Shown here piece by piece: positions 11,578 to 22,494 of a stretch of DNA of 64,000 nucleotides. A model generated the notes under the pieces. It searched no databases. It was not told where the DNA came from and was given only the letters and a program-made list of their open reading frames with translations. Every line of letters starts with the position of its first letter. Within the stretch, counting starts at the first letter, position 1. The stretch covers positions 1,042 to 65,041 of the forward strand of contig CAIPYV010000009.1 in NCBI GenBank assembly GCA_903869365.1, given 5' to 3'. A program made the translations under genes and the position numbers. The stretch comes from an uncultured Chlorobiaceae bacterium. GTDB lineage: Bacteria; Bacteroidota; Chlorobiia; Chlorobiales; Chlorobiaceae.

Positions 11578-11634
11578 GAATATGCTTGACCTGTTTGGTT
11601 GATTAACCCACTGCCTCGAAAGGTTACATGATAC

Positions 11635-12102
11635 TTAAAGAGTTTTCACCATGGCAATTTCATCGCACGCCATAAGTTTAGGACAATGAGTGCAATCCCT
11701 CCATATTTTCTGCGGAAAATACTCTTTTTGAATATCAAGGTACCCGAGATGCCTGAAAAACTCACTGTTCAGCGTCAGGACAAAAACTTCACTCACTCCT
11801 TCCTCACGTAAAACCGACTCTGCCTTTTCAACCAGCAATCGTCCGATTCCCTTCATTTTATAACGGTTAAAAACTGCAAGGGAACGGATTTCAGCCAGCT
11901 TTAATGTATAAAATGCAATAGCGCAACACCCTATCACTTCGCCATTATATTCGGCAACAAAAAAATTACGAATATTTTCAACAATGTTGTCACCGGAACG
12001 CTCCAGCATAATTCCCTGACGGGCATACTCCGCCGTTATGGCGGAAATTGCCGCAGCATCAGCAAGACGTGCATATCTGACATAGAGTTCAGTGTGCTGC
12101 AT
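11635..12102 (-). CDS. GNAT N-acetyltransferase, short ArgA-like (N-acetylglutamate synthase type)
   Basis: LAEIRSLAV, GIGRLLV and KIWRDCTHCPKLMACDEIAM motifs. Confidence 0.75.
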   Translation of the reverse strand: MQHTELYVRYARLADAAAISAITAEYARQGIMLERSGDNIVENIRNFFVAEYNGEVIGCCAIAFYTLKLAEIRSLAVFNRYKMKGIGRLLVEKAESVLREEGVSEVFVLTLNSEFFRHLGYLDIQKEYFPQKIWRDCTHCPKLMACDEIAMVKTL

Positions 12103-12105
12103 AAT

Positions 12106-13119
12106 TTACTCGATACCTTCTTCCAACAGTTCGTCAACCCGGATGCGAGCCGATACCTCTTTCCAGAGTTCATCTTTGAGTTCCTTCAATCCCTGTCCGG
12201 ATACACTTGATATCGCAAGCACCTTGACTCCTTCTTCCAACACGGGAATCTCAAGATCCTCGGTCGCTATGTCCATTTTTGTAACAACCACTATCCGAGG
12301 CTTGTCAAGAAGCCCCTTGTTAAATTTCTCAAGCTCTCCGAGAAGCGTCCGGTATTCTTCGGCAATGTCAGGAGCATCAGCAGAAACCAAAACAGCAAGA
12401 ATCTTTGTGCGCTCGATATGACGGAGAAACTGCAAACCCAGCCCCTTTCCCTCTGCCGCGCCCTCAATGATTCCAGGAATATCGGCCATAACAAACGACT
12501 TGTACTCCTCATACCGCACAATACCGAGATTCGGCACCAGAGTGGTAAACGGATAATCGGCAATTTTTGGTTTCGCCGCGCTGATCACCGAGATAAGCGT
12601 CGACTTTCCAGCATTCGGAAACCCAACCAGACCGACATCGGCCATCAGCTTCAGCTCCATTTCGAGTGTCAACTCTTCACCTTTCTGACCTGGTTCAGCA
12701 TACCGGGGCGCCTGACGAACAGGGGTAGCAAAATGCTGATTTCCACGGCCGCCTTTTCCTCCCCTGGCAATGAGAATTTCCTGATCCACACCAGTGAGAT
12801 CAGCAATGATCTCATGGGTTTCAGCATTCCGGACAATGGTACCACAAGGTACATCTATAACAACATCACCACCATCTTTTCCCGTTTTTCGGGCCCCCTG
12901 TCCATGAACGCCGCGCACTGCGACATACTTCTTTTTATACTTGAAATCCAAAAGAGTTGTCAGCTGCCGGTTGGTTCTAAGCCAAACATGGCCTCCACGA
13001 CCGCCATCGCCGCCGTCGGGCCCCCCCTTGGGGACAAACTTTTCCCTACGAAAACTCACACAACCCTTTCCGCCGTCTCCAGCCTGAACAAAAATGGACG
13101 CACTATCAACAAACTTCAC
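12106..13119 (-). CDS. obgE: GTPase ObgE/CgtA
   Basis: Gly-rich Obg fold; [16 protein letters not shown] and DIPG motifs. Confidence 0.98.
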   Translation of the reverse strand: MKFVDSASIFVQAGDGGKGCVSFRREKFVPKGGPDGGDGGRGGHVWLRTNRQLTTLLDFKYKKKYVAVRGVHGQGARKTGKDGGDVVIDVPCGTIVRNAETHEIIADLTGVDQEILIARGGKGGRGNQHFATPVRQAPRYAEPGQKGEELTLEMELKLMADVGLVGFPNAGKSTLISVISAAKPKIADYPFTTLVPNLGIVRYEEYKSFVMADIPGIIEGAAEGKGLGLQFLRHIERTKILAVLVSADAPDIAEEYRTLLGELEKFNKGLLDKPRIVVVTKMDIATEDLEIPVLEEGVKVLAISSVSGQGLKELKDELWKEVSARIRVDELLEEGIE

Positions 13120-13191
13120 TCACACACCTGCCTTTTGAATAATCTTTCTCTTTAACTATTTTCATACACAACATCTAACCTCTTACACCAC

Positions 13192-13449
13192 ATGACATCA
13201 ACCCATTCCGGAAAACCCGCTATCGAAGAACTTATATCGAGGCTTGAGGAGATAACCAGGAACATTGAAAATCCAGAAACCGGCCTTGAAAAATCTATCG
13301 CACTCTATGAAGAGGGACTTACCATCGCAGACAACTGTAAAAAACGACTCTTCGAAGCACGAAAAAAAATAGAGGTTATCAATCCGGAACTTGCAAAAAC
13401 CTGGCCCGATACTCCTCGCATCAAAGACCTCTTCGACAGCGAATCCTGA
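13192..13449 (+). CDS. xseB: Exodeoxyribonuclease VII small subunit
   Basis: LEEITRNIENPETGLEKSIALYEEGLTIADNCKKRL pattern; 85 aa. Confidence 0.88.
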   Translation: MTSTHSGKPAIEELISRLEEITRNIENPETGLEKSIALYEEGLTIADNCKKRLFEARKKIEVINPELAKTWPDTPRIKDLFDSES

Positions 13450-13455
13450 AACCGG

Positions 13456-14883
13456 TCACACCTCAAGTCTCTTGAGAAGAGCCTCATTGACCATCTTAGG
13501 ATTAGCCTTGCCTTTCATGCGACTCATGCACTGTCCCACAAAAAAGCCCAACAACTGGGTCTTTCCGTTGCGATACGCAGCAAGTTGACCAGGATTGGCC
13601 GCAAGAATTTCATCGACAACGCTCTCAATCGCTCGACTATCTGAAACCTGAGCAAGTCCTTCTCTTTCAACAATATCCAACGCGGAGTCTCCATTCTCCT
13701 GCATCAGTTCGAACACCTGTTTGGCAATGGTATTACTAATCATCCCATCACCGATGAGGCGCACCAACCCCCCAAGTCGTATAGGCTCAATCGAGAACTC
13801 TGCAATATCAAGATACTTTTCTTTAAGCGTGCGCATCACCTCACCCATCACCCAGTTCGAGGAAGCTTTTGTATCTCCCGAAACAATGACGGTCTCCTCA
13901 AAATAATCGGCAATCTCCCGCTCAACGGTAAGAACCGCAGCATCATAGGCTGGAATGGCATACTCCGCTACAAAACGGCTTGCACGAACTTCAGGAAACT
14001 CAGGAAGTTCACTCAACATACGATCAAGCATCTCCTGGTCAACAAGTACAGGAATCAGGTCAGGATCAGGGAAATATCGATAATCGTGTGCAAACTCCTT
14101 ACCCCTCATCGAACGGGTCTCTCCCTTGTCAGCATCCCAAAGCCGGGTCTCCTGAACAATGACTCCGCCGCTTTCAAGAATTTCCTGATGGCGCCAGGCC
14201 TCATATTCAATTGCTTTTTCAACATTCTTGAACGAGTTCATGTTCTTGATTTCGGTACGGGTGCCATATTCCGTCGCCCCGACAGGACGAAGAGAAACGT
14301 TGGCATCACAGCGCAAGCTTCCCTCCTCCATGTTTCCATCCGAAATACCAAGATATTTAACAATCTGCCGAACTTTCTGAAGGTATGCCGAAGCCTCCCT
14401 GGGAGTACGCATGTCAGGATAACTGACGATTTCAAGTAACGGCACACCGCTTCTGTTGAGATCGATATAGGTATCCTCACCGATATCATGAATCGACTTA
14501 CCGGCATCCTCCTCAATATGAATTCTGATCAGTCTGATAATCTTTTCACCTTCGCCTGCATCAATGTGAAGCACTCCTTCACTACAGATAGGCTCTTCAA
14601 ACTGCGAAATCTGATATCCTTTCGGCAGATCAGGATAAAAATAGTTTTTCCGGGCAAGAACCGAACTGGATGCAATAGTACAGCCCATTGCAAGCCCAAG
14701 CTTGACCGCATCTTCCACAACACGTCGGTTAAGAACAGGAAGAGCTCCTGGAAGAGCAAGACATACCGGACAAACATTACTGTTGGCAGGTTTTCCAAAC
14801 AGCGCAGAACAACCACAGAATGCCTTGCTCGCTGTATTAAGCTGACAATGGACCTCAAGGCCCACTACTAATTCATACTTCAT
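13456..14883 (-). CDS. gatB: Asp-tRNA(Asn)/Glu-tRNA(Gln) amidotransferase subunit B
   Basis: [26 protein letters not shown] and [10 protein letters not shown] motifs. Confidence 0.98.
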   Translation of the reverse strand: MKYELVVGLEVHCQLNTASKAFCGCSALFGKPANSNVCPVCLALPGALPVLNRRVVEDAVKLGLAMGCTIASSSVLARKNYFYPDLPKGYQISQFEEPICSEGVLHIDAGEGEKIIRLIRIHIEEDAGKSIHDIGEDTYIDLNRSGVPLLEIVSYPDMRTPREASAYLQKVRQIVKYLGISDGNMEEGSLRCDANVSLRPVGATEYGTRTEIKNMNSFKNVEKAIEYEAWRHQEILESGGVIVQETRLWDADKGETRSMRGKEFAHDYRYFPDPDLIPVLVDQEMLDRMLSELPEFPEVRASRFVAEYAIPAYDAAVLTVEREIADYFEETVIVSGDTKASSNWVMGEVMRTLKEKYLDIAEFSIEPIRLGGLVRLIGDGMISNTIAKQVFELMQENGDSALDIVEREGLAQVSDSRAIESVVDEILAANPGQLAAYRNGKTQLLGFFVGQCMSRMKGKANPKMVNEALLKRLEV

Positions 14884-14955
14884 TGCAAAAATTAACGTTT
14901 TTGAAAAACACCTGCAGATTTACACTGATGCCTCTCCTGCTTATAAAAAAAATTC

Positions 14956-15492
14956 TCAGTATGATCGATAGGAAAACTTCTGCCCACCTACCGTTGCTTC
15001 AGCCATAACCCCTGCTTTGGGAAGCACAAAAACCGCTACACCATGTGAAAAATCAATAGTGGTGGCTGCCCCCGTATTAGCCAGGATTCCCTCTACCTGA
15101 GCATTAAGCTCATAATTCCCTTGTTTGAAATTATCAAGCTCATCCTTGTCCTTAAAAAATATAATTTCTGAAAAAGACTGGCCACCAAGTTGAGGACCAA
15201 CATTGATCTGCGTGATCGTTGAAAGCCCTACAAGATTATTACGTTCATAGACATAACCATTACCATGTCCTCCACCGAGGATCATGAATCCACCTTTGAA
15301 AACATCAGGAAAAACAACATAACCATAGGCTTTTTCAAAAAAGCGATCAAGCGCCGGTGCGTTCTTCCTGAAATATTCCACGGCCACCCTCGCATGATCC
15401 TGTTCAGCGGGATCCCACCCTGCATGAGCAGTAGAGAAAACCATTCCCGCAAGCATGAATGCAAGGATACCAATTTTCATCATTTTCATCAT
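14956..15492 (-). CDS. Exported Ysc84/SYLF lipid-binding domain protein
   Basis: Signal peptide; AYGYVVFP...KGGF, GPQLGGQSFSEIIFF and GVMAEATVGGQKFSY motifs. Confidence 0.8.
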   Translation of the reverse strand: MMKMMKIGILAFMLAGMVFSTAHAGWDPAEQDHARVAVEYFRKNAPALDRFFEKAYGYVVFPDVFKGGFMILGGGHGNGYVYERNNLVGLSTITQINVGPQLGGQSFSEIIFFKDKDELDNFKQGNYELNAQVEGILANTGAATTIDFSHGVAVFVLPKAGVMAEATVGGQKFSYRSY

Positions 15493-15502
15493 TGACGCGT
15501 AG

Positions 15503-15586
15503 TTACTTGTTTAATAAAATCCCGGTATAGAAACCATTACAATGATATGCAACGAGTAATGTACAGTTTTCACTGCAATAAATCAT
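15503..15586 (-). CDS. Putative 27-aa small protein MIYCSENCTLLVAYHCNGFYTGILLNK
   Basis: AAGGAGGTG Shine-Dalgarno (15590-15598) just upstream of ATG 15586; TAA at 15503-15505; no homology recognised. Confidence 0.3.
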   Translation of the reverse strand: MIYCSENCTLLVAYHCNGFYTGILLNK

Positions 15587-15622
15587 AGACACCTCCTTCT
15601 GGTCGAGATGACAACAGAATAG

Positions 15623-16945
15623 TTATCCTCCGGCTTCAAGTTCGCGTTTGAGAGCTTCGCGTTCGATTTCGAGACGGCGTATCTCACGGTTGATCCTGTC
15701 GAGTTCTTCGGGACTGCTGTCTATCTCCAGTCTGAGACGTGAAGAGGCTTCGTCAATCAGATCGATGGCCTTGTCGGGCAGAAAACGGTCAGCAATATAG
15801 CGGTTCGACAGTTCGGCAGCTGCAACAATAGCTGCGTCCTTGATGCGCACACCATGATGTATCTCGTATTTTTCCTTGAGGCCGCGCAGAATTGAGACGG
15901 TGTCATCCACGCTTGGCTGATCGACCACGACGGTCTGAAAACGGCGCTCAAGAGCTGCATCTTTTTCAATGTGCTTGCGATACTCGTCAAGCGTTGTCGC
16001 ACCGATACAGCGAAGCTCGCCGCGGGCAAGTGCTGGCTTGAGGATATTGGCAGCATCCATTGACCCTTCGGCTGAACCTGCTCCAACAAGCAGATGAATT
16101 TCATCAATAAAGAGAATAATTTCGCCATCCGACGCCTGAACCTCTCGTACAACCGCCTTCAGGCGTTCCTCAAACTCCCCGCGAAATTTTGCGCCCGCAA
16201 CAAGCTGAGCGATGTCAAGAGCTGCAATCTGCTTACTCTTCAGGTTTTCTGGCACATCACCAGCTACAATGCGTTGTGCGATTCCCTCGACAAGAGCGGT
16301 CTTACCGACCCCCGGCTCACCAATCAACACAGGGTTATTCTTGGTGCGTCTGCTGAGAATCTGCAACACCCTGCGAATTTCCTCATCACGTCCGATCACT
16401 GGATCGAGTTTACCCTTGCGGGCCTGGTCATTAAGGTTTCGCGAATATTTTTTCAGCGAATTATAGGTCTCTTCTGCGCTCTGACTGGTCACACGCTGCG
16501 TCCCTCGTATGGTGGCAAGCACCTTGAGAATAGCTTCGCGATTAATGCCTGCATCTTTCAGCATACGAGAAACATTAAGCCCTGCTTCACTCATGGCGAT
16601 AAGAAGGTGCTCTGAGCTGATATAGTCGTCTTTCAGTTTTTCAGCTTCTTTCAAGGCTACGTCAAAAACCTTGCCAAGATTTTGTGACAGATACTGTCCC
16701 GTTGCCGACGCACCAGTGACCCTCGGAATTCTCTCTATTTCACGATCAAGCGCCGCAAGCAGTGTTTCTGCTGGAGCTTCGAGCTTCTGTGCTATCTGCA
16801 CGGCAATACTGCTTTTATCGGCAAGCATCGCCGAAAGTAAATGTTCCGGCTCTATCTGCTGATGCTGCCGGCTGCCGGCAAGCGTTGATGCTGCCTGCAA
16901 TGCCTCCTGGGCTTTTACCGTAAATTTGTTCGGATCAAACTGCAT
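15623..16945 (-). CDS. clpB: ClpB, N-terminal half only (N-domain plus first AAA+ module, stops early in the middle coiled coil)
   Basis: [39 protein letters not shown] and DAALERRF motifs; ends at LKRELEAGG* after 440 aa, with no second NBD. Confidence 0.9.
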   Translation of the reverse strand: MQFDPNKFTVKAQEALQAASTLAGSRQHQQIEPEHLLSAMLADKSSIAVQIAQKLEAPAETLLAALDREIERIPRVTGASATGQYLSQNLGKVFDVALKEAEKLKDDYISSEHLLIAMSEAGLNVSRMLKDAGINREAILKVLATIRGTQRVTSQSAEETYNSLKKYSRNLNDQARKGKLDPVIGRDEEIRRVLQILSRRTKNNPVLIGEPGVGKTALVEGIAQRIVAGDVPENLKSKQIAALDIAQLVAGAKFRGEFEERLKAVVREVQASDGEIILFIDEIHLLVGAGSAEGSMDAANILKPALARGELRCIGATTLDEYRKHIEKDAALERRFQTVVVDQPSVDDTVSILRGLKEKYEIHHGVRIKDAAIVAAAELSNRYIADRFLPDKAIDLIDEASSRLRLEIDSSPEELDRINREIRRLEIEREALKRELEAGG

Positions 16946-17185
16946 GATTCTAATTGTTTTGGTTTTCAGTTCTTAACATCGAGGTACATTCCGCACAGAA
17001 ACATACCTCAAGCCATAGAAGCTACTTACTGTATAACAATGTAAATGCAAAGAAAGTTAACACATTCAACCAGACTGCGCACCATACCGGAAAGAAAAAA
17101 AGGTTGCGACATGCTTGACTGCCGTAACCTTTATATAATACTGTTAAAATCGGTTTTCCCTATCCTCGGTCTTACCCTTCCATTC

Positions 17186-17485
17186 TCAAGAATGAGAGGA
17201 ATTGTCCTCTGGCGGTACCGGCCAATTCTTTATGACAGAACTGACAACGTGGCGAAGAATCTGCGCACTGGTAGAAAGAAGTTCAGCACTTTTCTCTTGA
17301 ATGTGTCGCTGCGTATCAAGTTGATCTTTGAAAAGCTCAACACTTGCGGGATCATAATTCCCCTGACTGACGTAGGCATCAATAACTTCCTCAGCTTCAT
17401 TAAAAGGCATGTTGAAAACCCTGAAACCAAGCTTTGCTCTCTCAAGAGAGTCAAGAACTTTCAGACCAGTGTTTTGCTGCTCCAT
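17186..17485 (-). CDS. Hypothetical protein, 99 aa, predicted helical
   Basis: ATG-started ORF filling the gap between batB and clpB; protein-like composition. Confidence 0.65.
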   Translation of the reverse strand: MEQQNTGLKVLDSLERAKLGFRVFNMPFNEAEEVIDAYVSQGNYDPASVELFKDQLDTQRHIQEKSAELLSTSAQILRHVVSSVIKNWPVPPEDNSSHS

Positions 17486-17608
17486 AACAATTCCATTTTT
17501 CTTCTATGAAAAAAAGCACTTCCTCATTTTGATAATAACGGAAATTTAACATTCTTTTTCAACAACTATTAACAGCTCAAACCGTATGGAAGCCGCACGG
17601 GATAGCCT

Positions 17609-18625
17609 TTACTGCAGCTTTGTTCCTCCTCTTTTTGTCATAGCTTCTGCAAGGAGAAAAAAAAGAGCGGCGGCGAGAAAATATTGAGCGAGAGGAACCC
17701 GCTCAACAGGTTGCATCACCCAACGCGAAGCCGCTGCCATGCGGTTAATCCGGTCGGATATTTCACTGTTGACACTATGATCCCCTTTACTGCGAAAATA
17801 TAATCCACCCGCTTCATGAGCGAGTTTCTGCAGAGTTTCGCCCCTGAAACTCGTCATCACCGCTTTGCCGCGTTCATCCATTTTGATTCCTGCCCCAACC
17901 AAAGGAACAACAACAGGCGAACTCATGCCAACTCCAACTACAAACAGATGGATCCCCTCCGTTTTCATCCTTTTCGCCTCAGCGAGAAAATCACCGTCAT
18001 GATCCTCGCCATCGCTTAAAAGCACAACGATCTTCTCTCCTTTTATCCCTGTTTCAGGAATGTTTTCCGTTTCCGCTTTCAGCAGTTTTTCGGAAAGCTC
18101 AAGTGCGGAACGAAACACTGTCCCCTGCTCCTCGATCAAATCAGGTGAGGCCATACCAAGCAAAGCCTCAAATGCTTCCTGATCGGTCGTGAGAGGACAC
18201 TGCACAAGTGGGGCGGCCGCAAAAAGAAGAATAGAGCGTCTACCTCCCTTAACAGCCCGACTGATGCTGATAATTTCCTGTTTGGCCTGACCGAGACGAT
18301 CTGGCAGCACATCCCTAGCTCTCATACTGCGGGAGATATCGAGCACAAAAACCAGATCAGCACCTTTGCGCAATACCGGACGCCCTCCGCTGCAAAGCCT
18401 GGGACCAGTCAAAGAGAAGAGCATCAGACCAATCCCGCAAAACAGCATAGCTTTTTTCAATATAAGAACCCACATCCGTGACCCGGGCATCATGGTATCA
18501 GCCATAAGCTGGCTGGCAACTGCTTCTCGAGCCTGAAGCTGCCTGACAACCCCATAGCCGAGAATCACGGCGAGAGGAATCAAAAGTAACAGGTAGCCAA
18601 TATTTTCAGGCCATGCAAAACTCAT
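17609..18625 (-). CDS. batB: VWA-domain protein, BatB-like
   Basis: N-terminal TM; MIDAS DISRSM; QCPLTTD; VLLSDGEDH. Confidence 0.8.
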   Translation of the reverse strand: MSFAWPENIGYLLLLIPLAVILGYGVVRQLQAREAVASQLMADTMMPGSRMWVLILKKAMLFCGIGLMLFSLTGPRLCSGGRPVLRKGADLVFVLDISRSMRARDVLPDRLGQAKQEIISISRAVKGGRRSILLFAAAPLVQCPLTTDQEAFEALLGMASPDLIEEQGTVFRSALELSEKLLKAETENIPETGIKGEKIVVLLSDGEDHDGDFLAEAKRMKTEGIHLFVVGVGMSSPVVVPLVGAGIKMDERGKAVMTSFRGETLQKLAHEAGGLYFRSKGDHSVNSEISDRINRMAAASRWVMQPVERVPLAQYFLAAALFFLLAEAMTKRGGTKLQ

Positions 18626-18693
18626 ACGTTTACCCCTTTCCAGTTGGCATTTCGGTTACGCAGATTTCAAAACGATAAAGAGATTTCAAGATG

Positions 18694-19710
18694 CTACGGT
18701 ATCCTAAGAAATCGGGTATTTGACAGAAGCATTTCAAGAATAAGCAATGCGAGCACCGTCAACAGTAACTGGGTAAAAAGAGCTGAACGTCGTTCCATAA
18801 TCGTCCCTGAAATCCGTTTTTTCTCCAGCCGGTCGATAGCTCTCATGGTATCATCAAATGCTTGCGGATCATTCACTTCGAAATATCTGCCACCGCTGAT
18901 TCGGGCAATGCCACGAAGAGACTCTTCATCCATCACGGTATTATTGACTTTTTCCCCTGATACATCAAGCCTATGACCTGAGCTGACAGCGCCGGCATTA
19001 ATCGCATATATCCTGATACCGCTCTGGACGGCAAACCCAGCCGCAGTTGCGGGACCGACCTCTCCTGTATTATTCTCCCCGTCGGTAATAAGAATGACAG
19101 CCTTGTGCGAGGACTCCGATGCCTTGAGCCTGTTGACCGCAATCAGAATCGCGGTACCAATGGCAGTGCCTTCGTCCTGTATAACCCTTGGCGTGAGTCG
19201 GTCGATCAACATGGCAAGCACATCATGATCGAGCGTCAGCGGGCACTGCGTATATCCTTTACCGCGAAACACCACCAGCCCTATCCGGTCGTTTGAGCGA
19301 TGAAGCACAAAGTTGCGGGCAACCTCCTTGGCTGCATCAAGACGGCTTTCGCCGGCAAAATCCTTCTGCAGCATTGATTCCGAGATATCAAGCACCAGCA
19401 TGATATCGATGCCCATCGCTTCGGCTTCAGTCTGACGGAAAAGGAGGTGAGGCCCCGAAAGTGCAATAACCGAAAGAAAAAGAGCGCTCCATCGCAGCCA
19501 TTGAGGAAGTAAGCGCAACAGGCGGCCTGCCGCAAAGCCAGAGTCACGCAACTGCTCAATACCAGGGAAAAGTATTGCAGGACGTTTGCCCAATCGCTCA
19601 CGCCTCTCCCTGAACCACGCCGCCACGAAGAGCACGGGCAACAGAAGAAGCCACCAAGGTTCCGCAAGCTCAAGGCCTGGTATATGCGAAAACCACTCCT
19701 GCATAAGCAA
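18694..19710 (-). CDS. batA: VWA-domain protein, BatA-like
   Basis: MIDAS DISESM; DRIGLVVF; TQCPLTLD; GTAIGTAILIAVNRL; LITDGENNTG. Confidence 0.85.
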   Translation of the reverse strand: MLMQEWFSHIPGLELAEPWWLLLLPVLFVAAWFRERRERLGKRPAILFPGIEQLRDSGFAAGRLLRLLPQWLRWSALFLSVIALSGPHLLFRQTEAEAMGIDIMLVLDISESMLQKDFAGESRLDAAKEVARNFVLHRSNDRIGLVVFRGKGYTQCPLTLDHDVLAMLIDRLTPRVIQDEGTAIGTAILIAVNRLKASESSHKAVILITDGENNTGEVGPATAAGFAVQSGIRIYAINAGAVSSGHRLDVSGEKVNNTVMDEESLRGIARISGGRYFEVNDPQAFDDTMRAIDRLEKKRISGTIMERRSALFTQLLLTVLALLILEMLLSNTRFLRIP

Positions 19711-20181
19711 AATATTTTATTTCAAAGATGCAAAATCTCTGGCTAAAATCCCCCTTCAGCACTCTTTTGCATTACCTCATGCTGCCAACAAATAAGCGGT
19801 TGGCAATGCACTGAAAATTTTGACAACTAAACTTCATATCTTATTATAATAATAGTGCGTATTGCCACTGTAAGAATCGGTAAACCGATGTACTTGAAGT
19901 TTGCCCGCTGAGCCGCAGAACAGCACCCCGAAATCAGTTGTCTTTCTTTTACAGAAATCGCAGGTATCATAATACACGAGGGATTGAAATATGCATGAAC
20001 GTGCATGGAAAATTAAGACTACCAGAATCGATGATAAAAAACGTCACTAACCGTAGAGTCAAGCTGTTCATTTTCGGCCCTGAAAGTATTGGAATCTTGA
20101 GACAGGTTCCTGAGTTAACAATAATTTTCAAATACGTTGAACGCAAGACCGCGACCAAACCTCATATCAATCCTGTAGTTC

Positions 20182-22191
20182 ATGCTTAAAAAAAGCTTTT
20201 TTCTTCTCCTTTTAGTATTGGGATGCGCTATCCCTGTGGTTACTGTCTATTCGAAAACAGCTGCACATGTTAACACAGTGATTACCCTCAAGCCTACTTC
20301 GGCTGAAGAGGAGGCTTGCGTCTATATCAGTCAACATCTTCTGCAGAAACATTTTAGAAAGGTATCACCCAACGATTCCCTTTCACAGCAGATTTTTAAT
20401 CGATATCTCGACAATCTTGACCACAACAAAAACTATTTTCTGGCAAGCGATATTGAAAGCCTGAGAAAGAGTTATGGAACCAGGATTGCTGCTGAGCTTC
20501 GTGAGGGTAAGGCAGATGCCGGATTTGCCATTTATAACCTTTTTCTGCGGCGGGCAAAAGAAAAAATGCTGTTCATGAGAGCAGCTGCAGATAGTGTGCA
20601 CTTAAACTTCTCAACACCCGAAACCCTTGACCTTGAACGAAAAGCTGATCCATGGCCTGCCGACAGAAAACAGCTCACAGATCTTTGGAAAAAAGAGCTG
20701 AAGTACCAGTGGCTCAACCTTACCTACTCGGGAGAAAAGAACAAGAACGTTCGCAGTGCCCTTGCCAAAAGCTTTACCAGCAGACTGAACTTGCTGAACC
20801 ACCAGAAGCCAAGTGATGCTTTTCAGGCTTACACCTATGCTGTGACAACATCATTCGATCCTCATACGAGCTATTTTTCTCCTGATGAGTACGAAAATTT
20901 CCAGATAGACATGAGCCGATCACTGGAGGGAATCGGCGCAAAACTGCAGACAGAAAGTGAGTATACGGTTATCAATGAGGTTATTCCAGGAGGGCCTGCA
21001 TTTACCAGTAATCTCTTGAAAAAAGGGGATAAGATTGTGGGGGTCGGTCAGGGAAAAACCACAGAAATTGCTGATGTTGTCGGCTGGAGAATCAATGATG
21101 TCGTAAAACTTATCCGTGGAAAAAAAGGTACGATCGTTCGTCTGAAAATCCTTCCTGCAAGCCAGGCTGGAAGGGGCCCTGCAAAAATAGTTCAACTTTT
21201 ACGAGACAAGGTTGATCTGGTGGAACAGGCGGCAAAGAAAAGCATTATTCCCGCAGGTGGAAAGAAAATAGGTGTGATTACCATACCATCATTTTACCTT
21301 GATTTTGAAGGTGAGCAAAAAAACACAAGCAATTACGCCAGCACGAGTCGTGATGTTAACCGTATTCTGAACGAATTGAATGCTGAGCATGTTGATGGCA
21401 TCGTTATTGACGTTCGCAACAACGGCGGGGGCTCTCTTGAAGAGGCCGTAAGTGTTACCGGCCTGTTTATTCCAAACGGCCCTGTTGTACAGATTAGCGA
21501 TGCAAAGGGTGGAAATACAGTCCTCAATGACGACGACACTCGCCAGCAGTATCGCGGACCGCTTGCTGTGCTTGTCAACCGTTACAGCGCTTCTGCTTCT
21601 GAAATATTTGCAGCGGCAATTCAGGATTACGGCCGAGGTGTTATCATTGGTGAGAGAACGTTTGGGAAGGGCACGGTGCAAAGTATCACAAAGCTCGCAA
21701 GGCCCATTACTTTTTTTGAAAAGTCGCCTGATCTTGGAGAGATAAAGCTGACTATAGCAAAGTTTTACCGGATAACCGGAGAGAGTACCCAGCATAAAGG
21801 GGTTGAGCCAGATATTACCATGCCATCCATGATTGATACCGCCACAATTGGAGAGGATACCTATACGAGCAGTCTGCCATGGAGCAGGATTACGCAGGCA
21901 TTGTATAAGCCAACTGGAGAAATAAGTCCTGAAAAGATCAGCATACTCCGTCAAAAAGAGATAGAGCGTTCATCGAACAGCACCTTGTATCAAAACTATC
22001 TGCATGATCGAAACACTCTTGACCAGATCCGTAACAATAAAGCGGTATCGCTTCAGGAGAGAGCTTTCAAGGCTGAGATTGAAACAATAAAGCAGATTGA
22101 GAAACAGTGGATTCAGGAACCGGATGGAACGAAAGATGTAACCAAGGATGTCCTGCTCAACGAGGCTGCCGGCGTTGTGTCTGATTTGTAA
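20182..22191 (+). CDS. prc: Carboxy-terminal processing protease (S41A, Prc/Tsp)
   Basis: Signal peptide; FDPHTSY; PDZ domain; [17 protein letters not shown] and RTFGKGTVQ motifs. Confidence 0.93.
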   Translation: MLKKSFFLLLLVLGCAIPVVTVYSKTAAHVNTVITLKPTSAEEEACVYISQHLLQKHFRKVSPNDSLSQQIFNRYLDNLDHNKNYFLASDIESLRKSYGTRIAAELREGKADAGFAIYNLFLRRAKEKMLFMRAAADSVHLNFSTPETLDLERKADPWPADRKQLTDLWKKELKYQWLNLTYSGEKNKNVRSALAKSFTSRLNLLNHQKPSDAFQAYTYAVTTSFDPHTSYFSPDEYENFQIDMSRSLEGIGAKLQTESEYTVINEVIPGGPAFTSNLLKKGDKIVGVGQGKTTEIADVVGWRINDVVKLIRGKKGTIVRLKILPASQAGRGPAKIVQLLRDKVDLVEQAAKKSIIPAGGKKIGVITIPSFYLDFEGEQKNTSNYASTSRDVNRILNELNAEHVDGIVIDVRNNGGGSLEEAVSVTGLFIPNGPVVQISDAKGGNTVLNDDDTRQQYRGPLAVLVNRYSASASEIFAAAIQDYGRGVIIGERTFGKGTVQSITKLARPITFFEKSPDLGEIKLTIAKFYRITGESTQHKGVEPDITMPSMIDTATIGEDTYTSSLPWSRITQALYKPTGEISPEKISILRQKEIERSSNSTLYQNYLHDRNTLDQIRNNKAVSLQERAFKAEIETIKQIEKQWIQEPDGTKDVTKDVLLNEAAGVVSDL

Positions 22192-22267
22192 AAAGGAGCT
22201 TGAATCAAGCAAAAATTTTCTTAAAATTGCAGACATTATAACCTTATCATTTGAACGGAGAGATGCG

Positions 22268-22459
22268 ATGTTTGGACAAATGGATTTGATACTGATTGGA
22301 GGGGTTGCCCTGTTATTGTTCGGGCCAAAAAAAATCCCTGACCTGATGAAAGGACTTGGAAAAGGATTGAGTGAGTTTAAAAAAGCACAGAGTGAATTCG
22401 AAAGCGAAATCAAGAATGTTGTCGATGCTCCTGAGGTAAAAAAAACCAATAAGGAATAA
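22268..22459 (+). CDS. tatA: Twin-arginine translocase TatA/TatE subunit (start at MFGQMD)
   Basis: [26 protein letters not shown] motif. Confidence 0.92.
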   Translation: MFGQMDLILIGGVALLLFGPKKIPDLMKGLGKGLSEFKKAQSEFESEIKNVVDAPEVKKTNKE

Positions 22460-22494
22460 GGGGTATACATCCACCAATCAAACAAATGTATAGT

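Noticed and set aside
15493-15622. Frameshifted or read-through continuation of clpB
   Set aside because: The downstream 130 nt are AT-rich, give no ClpB M-domain or NBD2 sequence in any frame, and are followed directly by an unrelated gene
16946-17185. CIRCE/HrcA operator or RNA thermometer upstream of clpB
   Set aside because: No TTAGCACTC-N9-GAGTGCTAA match; only a 6-bp GAGGTA/TACCTC inverted repeat, too weak to call
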